The translations under genes and the position numbers were made by a program. Shown in pieces: positions 1-8,700 of a DNA stretch of 25,814 nucleotides. Location of the stretch: positions 1-25,814 of IMG/VR virus record IMGVR_UViG_3300043416_000038. One strand, given 5' to 3'. Source of the stretch: a virus (taxonomy: Duplodnaviria; Caudoviricetes). Positions within the stretch are counted from its first letter, which is position 1. Each line of letters opens with the position of its first letter. The notes below the pieces were generated by a model that saw only the letters and a list, made by a program, of their open reading frames with translations, ran no database searches and was not told the origin of the DNA.

Positions 1-2
1 TT

Positions 3-584
3 GTTGACCGACCAAAACACAAGGTTGATATTGACGAGAGGTTAAAGAATATTAATTTGTCAATAGCAAATGCAGAGAACAGAATGAATCTGTGGCATTA
101 TAAAGATAGATTAAGCAGACTTAGCGGTGGTGTTGCAGTTGTGCACGTAGGAGCTAATAGCGAGCTTGAGATGAAAGAAAAGAAGGATAGGGTAGATGAT
201 GCTATCCATGCAGTTAAAAGTGCCTTAGAAGAAGGTATTTTGCCTGGTGGTGGAATTGCATTGAGAAACTTGATGCTAAACAATTTTCCTAGAGTAAACA
301 ATAAAAGCTATATCGCTGGTTGGTATTCTGTATTGAATTCTTTATACTATCCATTTGCTCAAATAATAGATAATGCCGGAGTAAATGCATTAGATATTGT
401 TAGTGGTTTAAATACACATGATTATTCTTTTGGATATAATGTATTGACTGAGGAATTTGGAGACATGTATAAGATGGGTGTTATCGACTCAACTAAAGTA
501 ATTAGAAATGCAATTGAGAATGCTGTGTCTGTATCAGCTACATTATTAACAACCGAAGCAACGGTTACAAACAAAAGAGCATAA
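3..584 (+). CDS. groEL: Chaperonin GroEL (Cpn60), C-terminal part; gene begins upstream of the window
   Basis: The frame is open from position 3. It contains GroEL signatures RLSRLSGGVAVVHVGA-x-SELEMKEKKDRVDDAIHAVKSALEEGILPGGG and GVIDSTKVIRNAIENAVSV. The GGM tail is absent. Confidence 0.95.
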   Translation, partial: VDRPKHKVDIDERLKNINLSIANAENRMNLWHYKDRLSRLSGGVAVVHVGANSELEMKEKKDRVDDAIHAVKSALEEGILPGGGIALRNLMLNNFPRVNNKSYIAGWYSVLNSLYYPFAQIIDNAGVNALDIVSGLNTHDYSFGYNVLTEEFGDMYKMGVIDSTKVIRNAIENAVSVSATLLTTEATVTNKRA

Positions 585-841
585 TGAGAGCATTTGGAAG
601 AACATTGGTAATATCTGAGATAAAAGAAGAGGTAAAGAACAAGCTTGGTCTTATAATCACTGAAGCTAACGATAGAGATATTCGTTATAAACTAGGAGAA
701 GTGTTTATGGCTGGTGAAGATGTAAAAGAAATAAATGCCGGAGATAAACTTTACTACGATAAAGTTAATGCTAGTGAGTTGAGACTAGATGGTAAAAAAT
801 ACCTTATTATAAACTTAAGCGACGTAAGAGTCGTACTTTAA
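584..841 (+). CDS. groES: Co-chaperonin GroES (Cpn10)
   Basis: 85 aa, TAATG-coupled to groEL. It has a mobile-loop-like GLII and the GroES pattern GEV..AGEDVKEINAGDKLYY...LDGKKYLIINLSDV. Confidence 0.9.
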   Translation: MRAFGRTLVISEIKEEVKNKLGLIITEANDRDIRYKLGEVFMAGEDVKEINAGDKLYYDKVNASELRLDGKKYLIINLSDVRVVL

Positions 842-852
842 TTTAATTTAAT

Positions 853-1083
853 ATGTTTGGATTTAAAAAAGACGCTAGATATTTAGCGAAAAGAAAGAGC
901 AATGCTCTAGAAGTTTTTAATGTTGCTAAAAAGCAATTGAATTGGGTTCTTGCTGATATGGCGAACTATGCATTTCAGATTGAAGACCAAATCGAGGCTC
1001 TTGAAAAAGAAAAGAAAATTCTTGATAAGGAGTTCAAGTCAACTTCAAAAATACTTGATAAGATTGACGAGTTTTTAGGTTAG
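853..1083 (+). CDS. Hypothetical coiled-coil protein
   Basis: 76-aa ORF with an AT-rich initiation region and a heptad-like C-terminal half, followed by a terminator. Confidence 0.75.
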   Translation: MFGFKKDARYLAKRKSNALEVFNVAKKQLNWVLADMANYAFQIEDQIEALEKEKKILDKEFKSTSKILDKIDEFLG

Positions 1084-1091
1084 TAAGTTAT

Positions 1092-1122
1092 AGGGGTAGT
1101 TATTCTACCCCTTTTCTTTTTT
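1092..1122 (+). terminator. Intrinsic terminator between convergent genes
   Basis: AGGGGTAG-ttatt-CTACCCCT hairpin (1092-1112) followed by a T-rich tract. It overlaps the stop codon of the minus-strand gene. Confidence 0.75.
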
Positions 1123-1624
1123 CATTCATTTTCTTAATTAACTTAGCGTACATCTTATCACTAAAAGAAACATTACTTTTGAATAATGGATTAAGCTGTA
1201 CATTCTGTGGTACTGGCTCTCCTTCTAGATGTTTGTACATTTTAGCACAAGCCATTTTATACTTCTGAGTTAATGTGTACATCTTTGTATCTTTAGTACC
1301 TTCCCTCCATACTTTTATAATCTCTCTTTCCTCAAACTTATTAAGCCAATTCATTGTTGAGAAACCAAGAGTACATGCGTATCCATAAAAAGTTTCTTTA
1401 TTAAAAACATTTTCGTCATATAAAAATAAAAGTAACTCAAGTTCTGATAGATTAAGTTCGTACTTCTTTTGTATGTACATTCTAACTACTCTAAAGTACT
1501 TTAAGTAAGACGAAGCCTTTTCTTTGAAGAAGTAATTTTGAGGCTTCTCTGCAAGTTTCTTTTGAATACGAATCTGTTTATCTTCGCCTATCCTCTTCAT
1601 TTTTCTATATACCTTCCTAGCCAT
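1100..1624 (-). CDS. Putative winged-helix (MarR-like) DNA-binding protein
   Basis: The only credible minus-strand gene. The segment YELNLSELELLLFLY...LNKFEEREIIKVWREG...KMYTLTQK resembles a MarR-type wHTH. It has its own promoter at 1645-1652. Confidence 0.6.
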   Translation of the reverse strand: MARKVYRKMKRIGEDKQIRIQKKLAEKPQNYFFKEKASSYLKYFRVVRMYIQKKYELNLSELELLLFLYDENVFNKETFYGYACTLGFSTMNWLNKFEEREIIKVWREGTKDTKMYTLTQKYKMACAKMYKHLEGEPVPQNVQLNPLFKSNVSFSDKMYAKLIKKMNEKRKGVE

Positions 1625-1644
1625 TATATTTGATTAAATTAGTG

Positions 1645-1652
1645 CAAATGTA
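1645..1652 (-). promoter_or_regulatory. Bacteroidota-type -7 promoter element (TACATTTG-CA) for the minus-strand gene
   Basis: Matches TAnnTTTG on the reverse strand, about 20 nt upstream of the ATG at 1624. Confidence 0.7.
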
Positions 1653-1667
1653 AAATAAAAAAATATG

Positions 1668-1675
1668 TAACTTTG
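1668..1675 (+). promoter_or_regulatory. Bacteroidota-type -7 promoter element (TAACTTTG-CA)
   Basis: TAnnTTTG 23 nt upstream of the ATG at 1699, at the head of a long plus-strand operon. Confidence 0.75.
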
Positions 1676-1698
1676 CAAAGATTTATAATTTACTAGTT

Positions 1699-1965
1699 AT
1701 GGTTAATAAAAAAGAAATGTCTTGCAATAGTCCAAAAAGGACTCCAGATCATCCTAAAAAGTCTCACATTGTTAAGGCTTGTTATGATGGTAATGAAAAG
1801 ATCATACGTTTTGGAGAACAAGGAGCTAGTACTGCTGGTAAACCTAAGTCTGGCGAATCTAATAGAATGAAAGCAAAGAGAGCGTCATTTAAAGCGAGAC
1901 ACGGAAAAAATATAGCTAAAGGAAAGTCAAGTGCTGCTTATTGGAGTGACAGAGTGAAATGGTGA
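1699..1965 (+). CDS. Small basic conserved phage protein
   Basis: 88 aa, K/R-rich. The motif IRFGEQG...RASFKARH...SAAYWS is a pattern I recognise from uncharacterised viral proteins. Confidence 0.8.
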   Translation: MVNKKEMSCNSPKRTPDHPKKSHIVKACYDGNEKIIRFGEQGASTAGKPKSGESNRMKAKRASFKARHGKNIAKGKSSAAYWSDRVKW

Positions 1966-1987
1966 TATAAAGTTAAATGGTAATATT

Positions 1988-2155
1988 ATGATAAGAAAAT
2001 CAAAAGGATTTGGCGACTCAGTAGAAAAGCTAACTAAATATAGTGGGATAAAAGCATTAGTTAAAAAAGTATCTCCAAGTTGTGGATGCGAAGCTAGACA
2101 AGAAGCTTTAAATAATCCAAATCTATTAGTTAACAAGTTGTTTTATAAAAAATAA
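1988..2155 (+). CDS. Small basic protein with CGC motif (not in ORF track)
   Basis: Hand translation: [55 protein letters not shown] (55 aa). It fills the gap in the operon, and KSKGxGD...GIK...CGC..R...LN is a recurring phage pattern. Confidence 0.8.
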   Translation: MIRKSKGFGDSVEKLTKYSGIKALVKKVSPSCGCEARQEALNNPNLLVNKLFYKK

Positions 2156-2159
2156 TATT

Positions 2160-2291
2160 ATGCCGTTAAAGAAAGGAAATAGCTCTAAAGTTATTAGTGC
2201 TAACATTAAGACAGAAATTAAAAGTGGTAAACCACAAAAACAAGCTATAGCTATTGCTTTATCAAAGGCTGGTAAATCTAAAAAAAAATAA
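2160..2291 (+). CDS. Small basic protein (not in ORF track)
   Basis: Hand translation: [43 protein letters not shown] (43 aa). The QAIAIALS motif is common in small phage proteins. Tightly packed between its neighbours. Confidence 0.85.
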   Translation: MPLKKGNSSKVISANIKTEIKSGKPQKQAIAIALSKAGKSKKK

Positions 2292-2293
2292 TT

Positions 2294-2821
2294 ATGTCAG
2301 TAGATCCAAAAATTAAAACAAAGGTAACTATAGACCCAGATACTGGAGCTAGAGTTTTCAATCAATCATGGAGTTCTGAGATTAAAAAGAAAGAACCAAT
2401 AGTAAGAAAACCAGTTGGTAGAGATACTTTTGTAACTGAGAAAAAGATAGTTTCAAAAACAGTAGTTAAACCTACTGCGAAAGAAACAAATGTAAAAACT
2501 TCTGGAGGAAGAAAGTTTAGTGAAGTAGTATCTCCTAAACCAGCTAAAGCTGTCGGAATGGAATTAAAAGCAAAGGCGGATATTAAAGAAAGAGCTCCTC
2601 AATCTATAAAAAAAGAAAAGATTAAAGTGAAAGCTGAAATGGATGATAAAGGGCTTTTAATTAATAATCCAGGAATGAAGCTTGAAGATATAAAAAGAAA
2701 GATTGAGAAAAACAAAGAAGCTTCAATCAGAAAAAGTAATCGATCTGTTAAAGATAGTGGTGGATTATTTAGTAATGAAAAAAATAGAAGTTCAAGCGCT
2801 TGTCAAAGCGGATGTAGATAA
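2294..2821 (+). CDS. Lysine-rich hypothetical protein
   Basis: 175-aa ORF in the operon, low complexity, with a C-terminal CQSGC. Confidence 0.75.
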   Translation: MSVDPKIKTKVTIDPDTGARVFNQSWSSEIKKKEPIVRKPVGRDTFVTEKKIVSKTVVKPTAKETNVKTSGGRKFSEVVSPKPAKAVGMELKAKADIKERAPQSIKKEKIKVKAEMDDKGLLINNPGMKLEDIKRKIEKNKEASIRKSNRSVKDSGGLFSNEKNRSSSACQSGCR

Positions 2822-2838
2822 TTATAAAAAAACAAATC

Positions 2839-3003
2839 ATGAAAAAAGCAATGCCTAAAAAAGTTGTTGAAAAAGCAACAGGAGAAAAATACCCATCTAA
2901 GAAAGCTATGATGAAACACGAGAAATCAGAGGGTAAAAAAGTACAAAGTAAAGAGCAGTCTGCTTTTTTAAAAATGATAGCTTCTAAATCTAAAAAGAAA
3001 TAA
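2839..3003 (+). CDS. Small basic protein (not in ORF track)
   Basis: Hand translation: MKKAMPKKVVEKATGEKYPSKKAMMKHEKSEGKKVQSKEQSAFLKMIASKSKKK (54 aa). A-rich initiation region; fills the operon gap. Confidence 0.8.
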   Translation: MKKAMPKKVVEKATGEKYPSKKAMMKHEKSEGKKVQSKEQSAFLKMIASKSKKK

Positions 3004-3006
3004 GAA

Positions 3007-3306
3007 ATGTTACAGCCTAAAAAGAAAAGTACAAAAGTAATAGTAACTCCAAAGTTTACTATGTTTGGTCAAGCTAATGCTGCTAGAAATAACTCAGAAG
3101 GAGAATACACTGATACACCTGCTAAAAAACAAGATAGTCTAGAATATAGAGCTGGATTTAATTTAGGTGTTAGAAACAAAATGAAAGGTGAAAACAAAAA
3201 AATGTACCAAGAAACTGAGTTTCAAAAAATGGGTAGATGGGAAGGTCAGAATCACTCTTTTAAAAACAAAGACGCAGAGGTTATCTCTAAAAAAATAAAT
3301 AAGTAA
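3007..3306 (+). CDS. Basic hypothetical protein
   Basis: 99-aa ORF, TAATG-coupled to the next gene. Confidence 0.75.
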   Translation: MLQPKKKSTKVIVTPKFTMFGQANAARNNSEGEYTDTPAKKQDSLEYRAGFNLGVRNKMKGENKKMYQETEFQKMGRWEGQNHSFKNKDAEVISKKINK

Positions 3307-3557
3307 TGGGATTAGGTAGAACTGCTAAGTATTATAGAGAAAATCCAGAGGCTAGAAAAAAGCATCAGAAAACTTCTAAAGAAGCAGCAGCTAAACCTGA
3401 AGCTATTAAGAAAAGAATGGAAGCTAATAAGTTCAATAGAATGAAAGGAACTTATGGTAATGGAGATGGAATGGATGCTAGTCATGTCAACGGAAAGGTT
3501 ACTAAACTAGAGAAAGCAAAAACAAATAGAGCTCGTGGTGGAGCTTTAAAAAAGTAA
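3306..3557 (+). CDS. Small basic protein, possibly a minimal or degenerate HNH-like fold
   Basis: GDGMDASH....NRAR resembles the GDGxDxxH...NR core of small phage HNH-like proteins. Confidence 0.6.
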   Translation: MGLGRTAKYYRENPEARKKHQKTSKEAAAKPEAIKKRMEANKFNRMKGTYGNGDGMDASHVNGKVTKLEKAKTNRARGGALKK

Positions 3558-3561
3558 GTGT

Positions 3562-3897
3562 ATGAAAGACAGTTGCTATAAAAAAGTAAAGGCTCAGTAT
3601 GATGTTTTTCCATCGGCAAGAGCTTCTCAGGCAATTGCTAAATGTAGAAAGGCTAGCGGATCTGTTAAAAAAACAGAGAAAGGAACTAGTCTTAAAAGAT
3701 GGGAGAGTGAAAAATGGACAGATACAAAAACTGGGAAACCATGTGGAGCTGGTGGTAAAAATGAGTATTGCAGACCTAAAGTTAAAGTATCTTCTAAAAC
3801 TCCTAAAACCATATCTGAGATTAGCCCTTCAAAATTAGCGGCTAAGAAATCTGAAAAGAGCAGAGTTGGTATGGGTAAAAGAGTTTCTAAAGTATAA
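3562..3897 (+). CDS. Basic conserved phage protein with four Cys
   Basis: 111 aa. The pattern PSARAS..IAKCRK...LKRW..EKW.D...GKPCG......YCRP is one I recognise from uncharacterised viral proteins. Confidence 0.8.
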   Translation: MKDSCYKKVKAQYDVFPSARASQAIAKCRKASGSVKKTEKGTSLKRWESEKWTDTKTGKPCGAGGKNEYCRPKVKVSSKTPKTISEISPSKLAAKKSEKSRVGMGKRVSKV

Positions 3898-3920
3898 ATG
3901 TTGAAAAGAACAAAAAATAA

Positions 3921-4619
3921 ATGGCTAGAATAAGCACTTATGATATAGACCCAATTGTCACGGCAAATGATAAATGGATTGGTACTGATTTTAGCGGTGG
4001 AATAACTAAAAACTTCACTCCGCTAAAACTAGCTGATTTCTTTAACGAGTCTGGACTTATAGGTGTTGTTAATCAGATTAACTTCAAATACTACCAGACA
4101 TTTGTTGGTGATAGACCAGAAGGATCTATAACTACATTAACTCAAGCACCCACTTTCTCTTCGTTAACTAACATCAAGGTTAGTGAAAAGAATAGTGGGT
4201 TAAAATATATCGTAGATATTATGAATACTTTTATTCATGATAATATAATGATTTCAGATACATCAAATCCTAATAAGTTTGGTATATACAAATTGATAGA
4301 TATACAAGAAGATTTATCTGAAGTAGGTTTTTACAACCTTACTTTGGAACTTATAGAGGCAAATGGTAGTTTAGAAGATACTTATATATATGGAGTTACC
4401 TCTATAGCTGATAGCTCTTCTTTGGATAAAAATTATATACATACACAATCTTCTGCTTCAAATACTTGGACAATTACACATAATTTAAAAAAATACCCTT
4501 CTGTTACAATAGTTGATTCTGGAAATAATTCAGTTGTAGGAGAAATTGAATATACATCTTTAGATGTAGTAACATTAAGATTTAACGCCTCATTTTCTGG
4601 AAAGGCATATTTTAACTAA
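3921..4619 (+). CDS. Putative virion/tail-associated protein
   Basis: First gene of the tail block. Has a C-terminal beta-rich 'TWTITHNL..YPSVTIVD' domain. Confidence 0.65.
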   Translation: MARISTYDIDPIVTANDKWIGTDFSGGITKNFTPLKLADFFNESGLIGVVNQINFKYYQTFVGDRPEGSITTLTQAPTFSSLTNIKVSEKNSGLKYIVDIMNTFIHDNIMISDTSNPNKFGIYKLIDIQEDLSEVGFYNLTLELIEANGSLEDTYIYGVTSIADSSSLDKNYIHTQSSASNTWTITHNLKKYPSVTIVDSGNNSVVGEIEYTSLDVVTLRFNASFSGKAYFN

Positions 4620-4628
4620 AAGATAAAA

Positions 4629-5786
4629 ATGAAACACTTAAGTAATTTAGATTTAACTGGTAATGAATTACAAAACGCTGTAATACAACCACTTGGAACA
4701 CCACCTTCAGGAGCAAAAGAAGGTCAAATATATTTTGATTCAACAGCTGGTGATAAGAAATTGTATTTTTACAATGGAACTCAATGGGTTGCTATACAAG
4801 ATACAGATAATTATGTAGATGAAATTACATTTGCATCTGGTACTGGTGTTCTTACATTAGGTAGAAGTGGAGCTTTGGCTGACTTAACAGTTAATTTGGA
4901 TGGTAGGTATTTAACTGCTCATCCATCTGTATCTGCTGCTTCATCTGTAAATAATTCAGGAAGGACTTATATACAAGATATAACATTAGATTCTTTTGGA
5001 CATATTGTTGGTATTGTTTCTGCAACTGAAACTGTTGAGGATACAAATACTACTTACACTGTGAGTGTTGGTGTTGGAGGAAGTAATTCATCTACAATTA
5101 TTTTAACTGGTTCTGACGCATCAACTGATAGCGTTACTATCGCTGGTACTACTGGAGAAATACAAGTTACAGAGAGTGGAGACCAAATAACGATTGGATT
5201 ACCTGATGATGTAAATATTACTAATGATTTAGTTGTAGGTGGTGACTTAACCGTAAATGGTTCTGTTACAACTGTTAATACAGAAACTATTTTATTAGCT
5301 GACAATATAATTACTTTAAATAGTAATGCTACTGGTAGCGCTACTCAAGATGCTGGTATTGAAGTAGAGAGAGGAGATGATCCAAACCGTCAATTAAGAT
5401 GGAATGAAACTACTGATAGATGGGAGATCCAAGCAAATGATGGTAACTTCTATGCTATTCAATATGTAACTGGAAGTGCTCCAGTTCAAAGTGTTGCGTC
5501 AGCAGATAGTTCTGTAACTGTAACTAATACGTCTGGAGCTGTAGATTTAGCTATTAATAATGCTAAATACTCTTACGCTTCTACCATTGGTAATGGTTCG
5601 TCAACAAGTTACACAGTAACTCATAATTTAGGTTCTAGAGATGTAGAGGTTCAATTATTCGATTTGGTTTCATATGAAACTGTTATATCAGATGTTGTTA
5701 GATCTACTACAAATACAATTACAGTGTCATTTACAACAGCTCCTGCAACAGCAAGCATTAGAGTATTAGTTAAGAAAATAGGATAA
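4629..5786 (+). CDS. Putative tail fibre/tail-associated protein
   Basis: T/S/G/V-rich, with fibre-like motifs (EGQIYFDS, IQDITLDSFGHIVG, GDLTVNGSVTTVNT..I.LADNIITLN, AGIEVERG) and a C-terminal THNL domain. Confidence 0.75.
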   Translation: MKHLSNLDLTGNELQNAVIQPLGTPPSGAKEGQIYFDSTAGDKKLYFYNGTQWVAIQDTDNYVDEITFASGTGVLTLGRSGALADLTVNLDGRYLTAHPSVSAASSVNNSGRTYIQDITLDSFGHIVGIVSATETVEDTNTTYTVSVGVGGSNSSTIILTGSDASTDSVTIAGTTGEIQVTESGDQITIGLPDDVNITNDLVVGGDLTVNGSVTTVNTETILLADNIITLNSNATGSATQDAGIEVERGDDPNRQLRWNETTDRWEIQANDGNFYAIQYVTGSAPVQSVASADSSVTVTNTSGAVDLAINNAKYSYASTIGNGSSTSYTVTHNLGSRDVEVQLFDLVSYETVISDVVRSTTNTITVSFTTAPATASIRVLVKKIG

Positions 5787-5798
5787 TAAAACCTCGAT

Positions 5799-8700
5799 AT
5801 GAGTCAAAAAATAAAAACATCTGTTGAGATAGATGGTTCTTTAAAAGCATCTCAAATAGAAAACGCTACTGTTGATACTGATAAATTTTTAGTATCAGAT
5901 GGTGGTACAGTTAAGTATAGAACAGGAGCTGAAATGCTATCTGACTTAGGTGTAGTTGCTGGAACAGCTAATCATGTTCAACACCAAGTTAAAGCTGGAG
6001 TTGCAATAAGTAAAGGACAAGCTGTATATGTTACATCAGATGACGGAACAAACATGATTGTAGGATTAGCGTCTAATGACTCTGAAGCCACATCATCAAA
6101 AACAATGGGATTGCTTAACGCAACAGTTTTACCTAATGGTTTTGCTGACGTTATAACAGAAGGTCTTTTATCTGGTTTAAACACAAGTGCTGCTGTAGTT
6201 GGTAATCCAGTATGGTTAGGTGTAAATGGTAATCTTATTTACGGATTAGCAAATAAACCATACGCTCCAAATCACTTAGTATTTATAGGTATTGTTACCA
6301 GAGTAAATAATAATAACGGTGAGATATTTGTAAAAGTACAAAATGGATTTGAACTTAACGAAATACATGACGTAGATTTATACACAACAACACCAACTGG
6401 TGGAAATATACTTGCATTTGAAGGTGCACCTGTTAATCTATGGAGAAATAAAACAATACCATCTGTATTAGGTTATACACCTGTATCACAAGCAAGAACA
6501 TTAACAATAAATGGTACCACATTTGACTTGTCAGCAGACAGGTCTTGGACCATAGCATCAGGTGTAACTAGCTTTAATACTAGAACGGGGGCAATCACTT
6601 TGACATCAGGAGATGTTACAGGGGCTTTAGGATACACACCTTACAACGCAACTAACCCTAATGGTTATATTTCTTCCTATACAGAAACAGATCCAACAGT
6701 ACCATCCCATGTAAAAAGTATAACTACTACCGAGAAATCAAACTGGGATACAGCATACGGATGGGGCAATCATGCTTCTGCTGGGTACGCTTTGAATAAT
6801 CATACACATATTATTTCTGCTATTGCAGAATCAAGTGTATCTCCAAGTGGTATTTCTATTCAAGCTGGTCCAGGAGGTAGTAATACACAAGGATGGACAT
6901 ATCCTTATGGAACTAAGTTATCAGCTATAACAGGCGCTGGTAGAAGTTTTGAGATAATGTCTACAACATACCCTGATGGGCAATTAGTTTTAAGAACTTT
7001 GGGTAGCGGTGGAACATGGGATTCTTGGAAGACAATATTGGATACAAGCAATTATTCAACATACGCAGTACCACTATCAAGAACAATTACTATTAATGGT
7101 ACATCGTATGATTTATCAGCTAATAGAAGTTGGACAGTAACAGCTAATGAAACGGATACATTATCCACTGTAACAGGTAGAGGTAATACGACTACTTCAA
7201 ATATATCTGCTAACGGAGTTAGAATTGGTAGAAACTTCGGCTTAGCGAATAGAGCTACTGTTAGACTTGACTCTAATGGAGATTATCCAGCAGATGTTTT
7301 ATTTGGTAGAGATGTCAATTATGCTGATTCAAGTTGGAATGGCGTATATTGGTCACTTAGTTCTAGAGGGTCTAATGAAAGTAATTCATTTAGATTATAC
7401 AGGGGAATTGCAAATACAGGAACTACCGAATTAGTAGTTCTTGATGTTAGTACAGGAGGTTCTGTTGTCGCATCAGGCGATTTTAGAGCACCTATGTTCT
7501 ACGATTCAAATAACACAGGATACTACTTAGATCCCAATGGCGGAAGTAATCTAAACAATGTAACTGCTAATGAATTCTATTCTAATGGATGGTTTAGAAA
7601 TAACACTAATAATACTGGATTATATAATCAAGCAAACGCAAATCACTTTTATTCTAGGGGAGCTTCTAGATGGGGTATAACTGGAAATAGCACAGGAAGT
7701 GATATATACTTAGATTTTTACGGAAACCATCAAACAACTTATAGAGGATCAGTACATGCTGACACAAATAGCTCTATTGGATTTTTAACAAATGATGGCG
7801 GATGGGGTCTTAGAATAGAAACAAATAAAAACGCTCATTTTCACGGTAATACTGTATATATTGGAGCTGATGGGCAATCATCTTCTAATATTATAATGAG
7901 GGATGGTGATCATGGGGATAGACAGATACATTGTAATTCAAATAGAGTTGGGTTTTTAAATCAGAGTGGCGGATGGGGTTCATGGTGTGAAGATAACGGT
8001 AACTGGATAAGTGACACTTCAATACAATCACCTATATTCTATGACTATAACGACACGACCTATTATGTTAATCCAGATTCAACTTCTGTTATATCTACAT
8101 TAAAAACAGCTAGAGGAATAAAAGACACTAGTAATGTAAGAATATTAATGCCTGAAGGCGGTTCATACGTAACAACAGCATCAACAATTACTGGAGCAAT
8201 TAGAATATTGCTACCTACGCAAGGCTCCGCTATGATGATGACATGTACCGTTAAAGTATATGAGTACTCGACTAACAAGTCTTTTACTATAACATTTGGT
8301 GGCCATAGAAATTCCGCTAATTGGCATAACGAATTTTGTTATATGGATGGCGGAGAAAACAGAAATAATCTTACTGTAAGATTTGGTTTAGATAGCGGTA
8401 AAGATTGTGTGTATATTGGTGAAACAGACACGGTTTGGTCATATCCTCAAGTATTTGTAACAGACGTTGAATTAGGATATACAGGATATAATACAACTTG
8501 GGAAAGCGGGTGGAGCGTAGGATTTGTTACATCATTTCCTGACGTAAGAAGAACTCAGACTGCTTATAGAAAATTAACTACATCAAACTATAGTAGTTAT
8601 GCTCTTCCATTATCTGGGGGGGCAATGACTGGTCAAATATACGCGCCGTCTTTTGGTACTGGAGTTTACGATGGAGCTATACAGATTAGAGAAACTGGAT

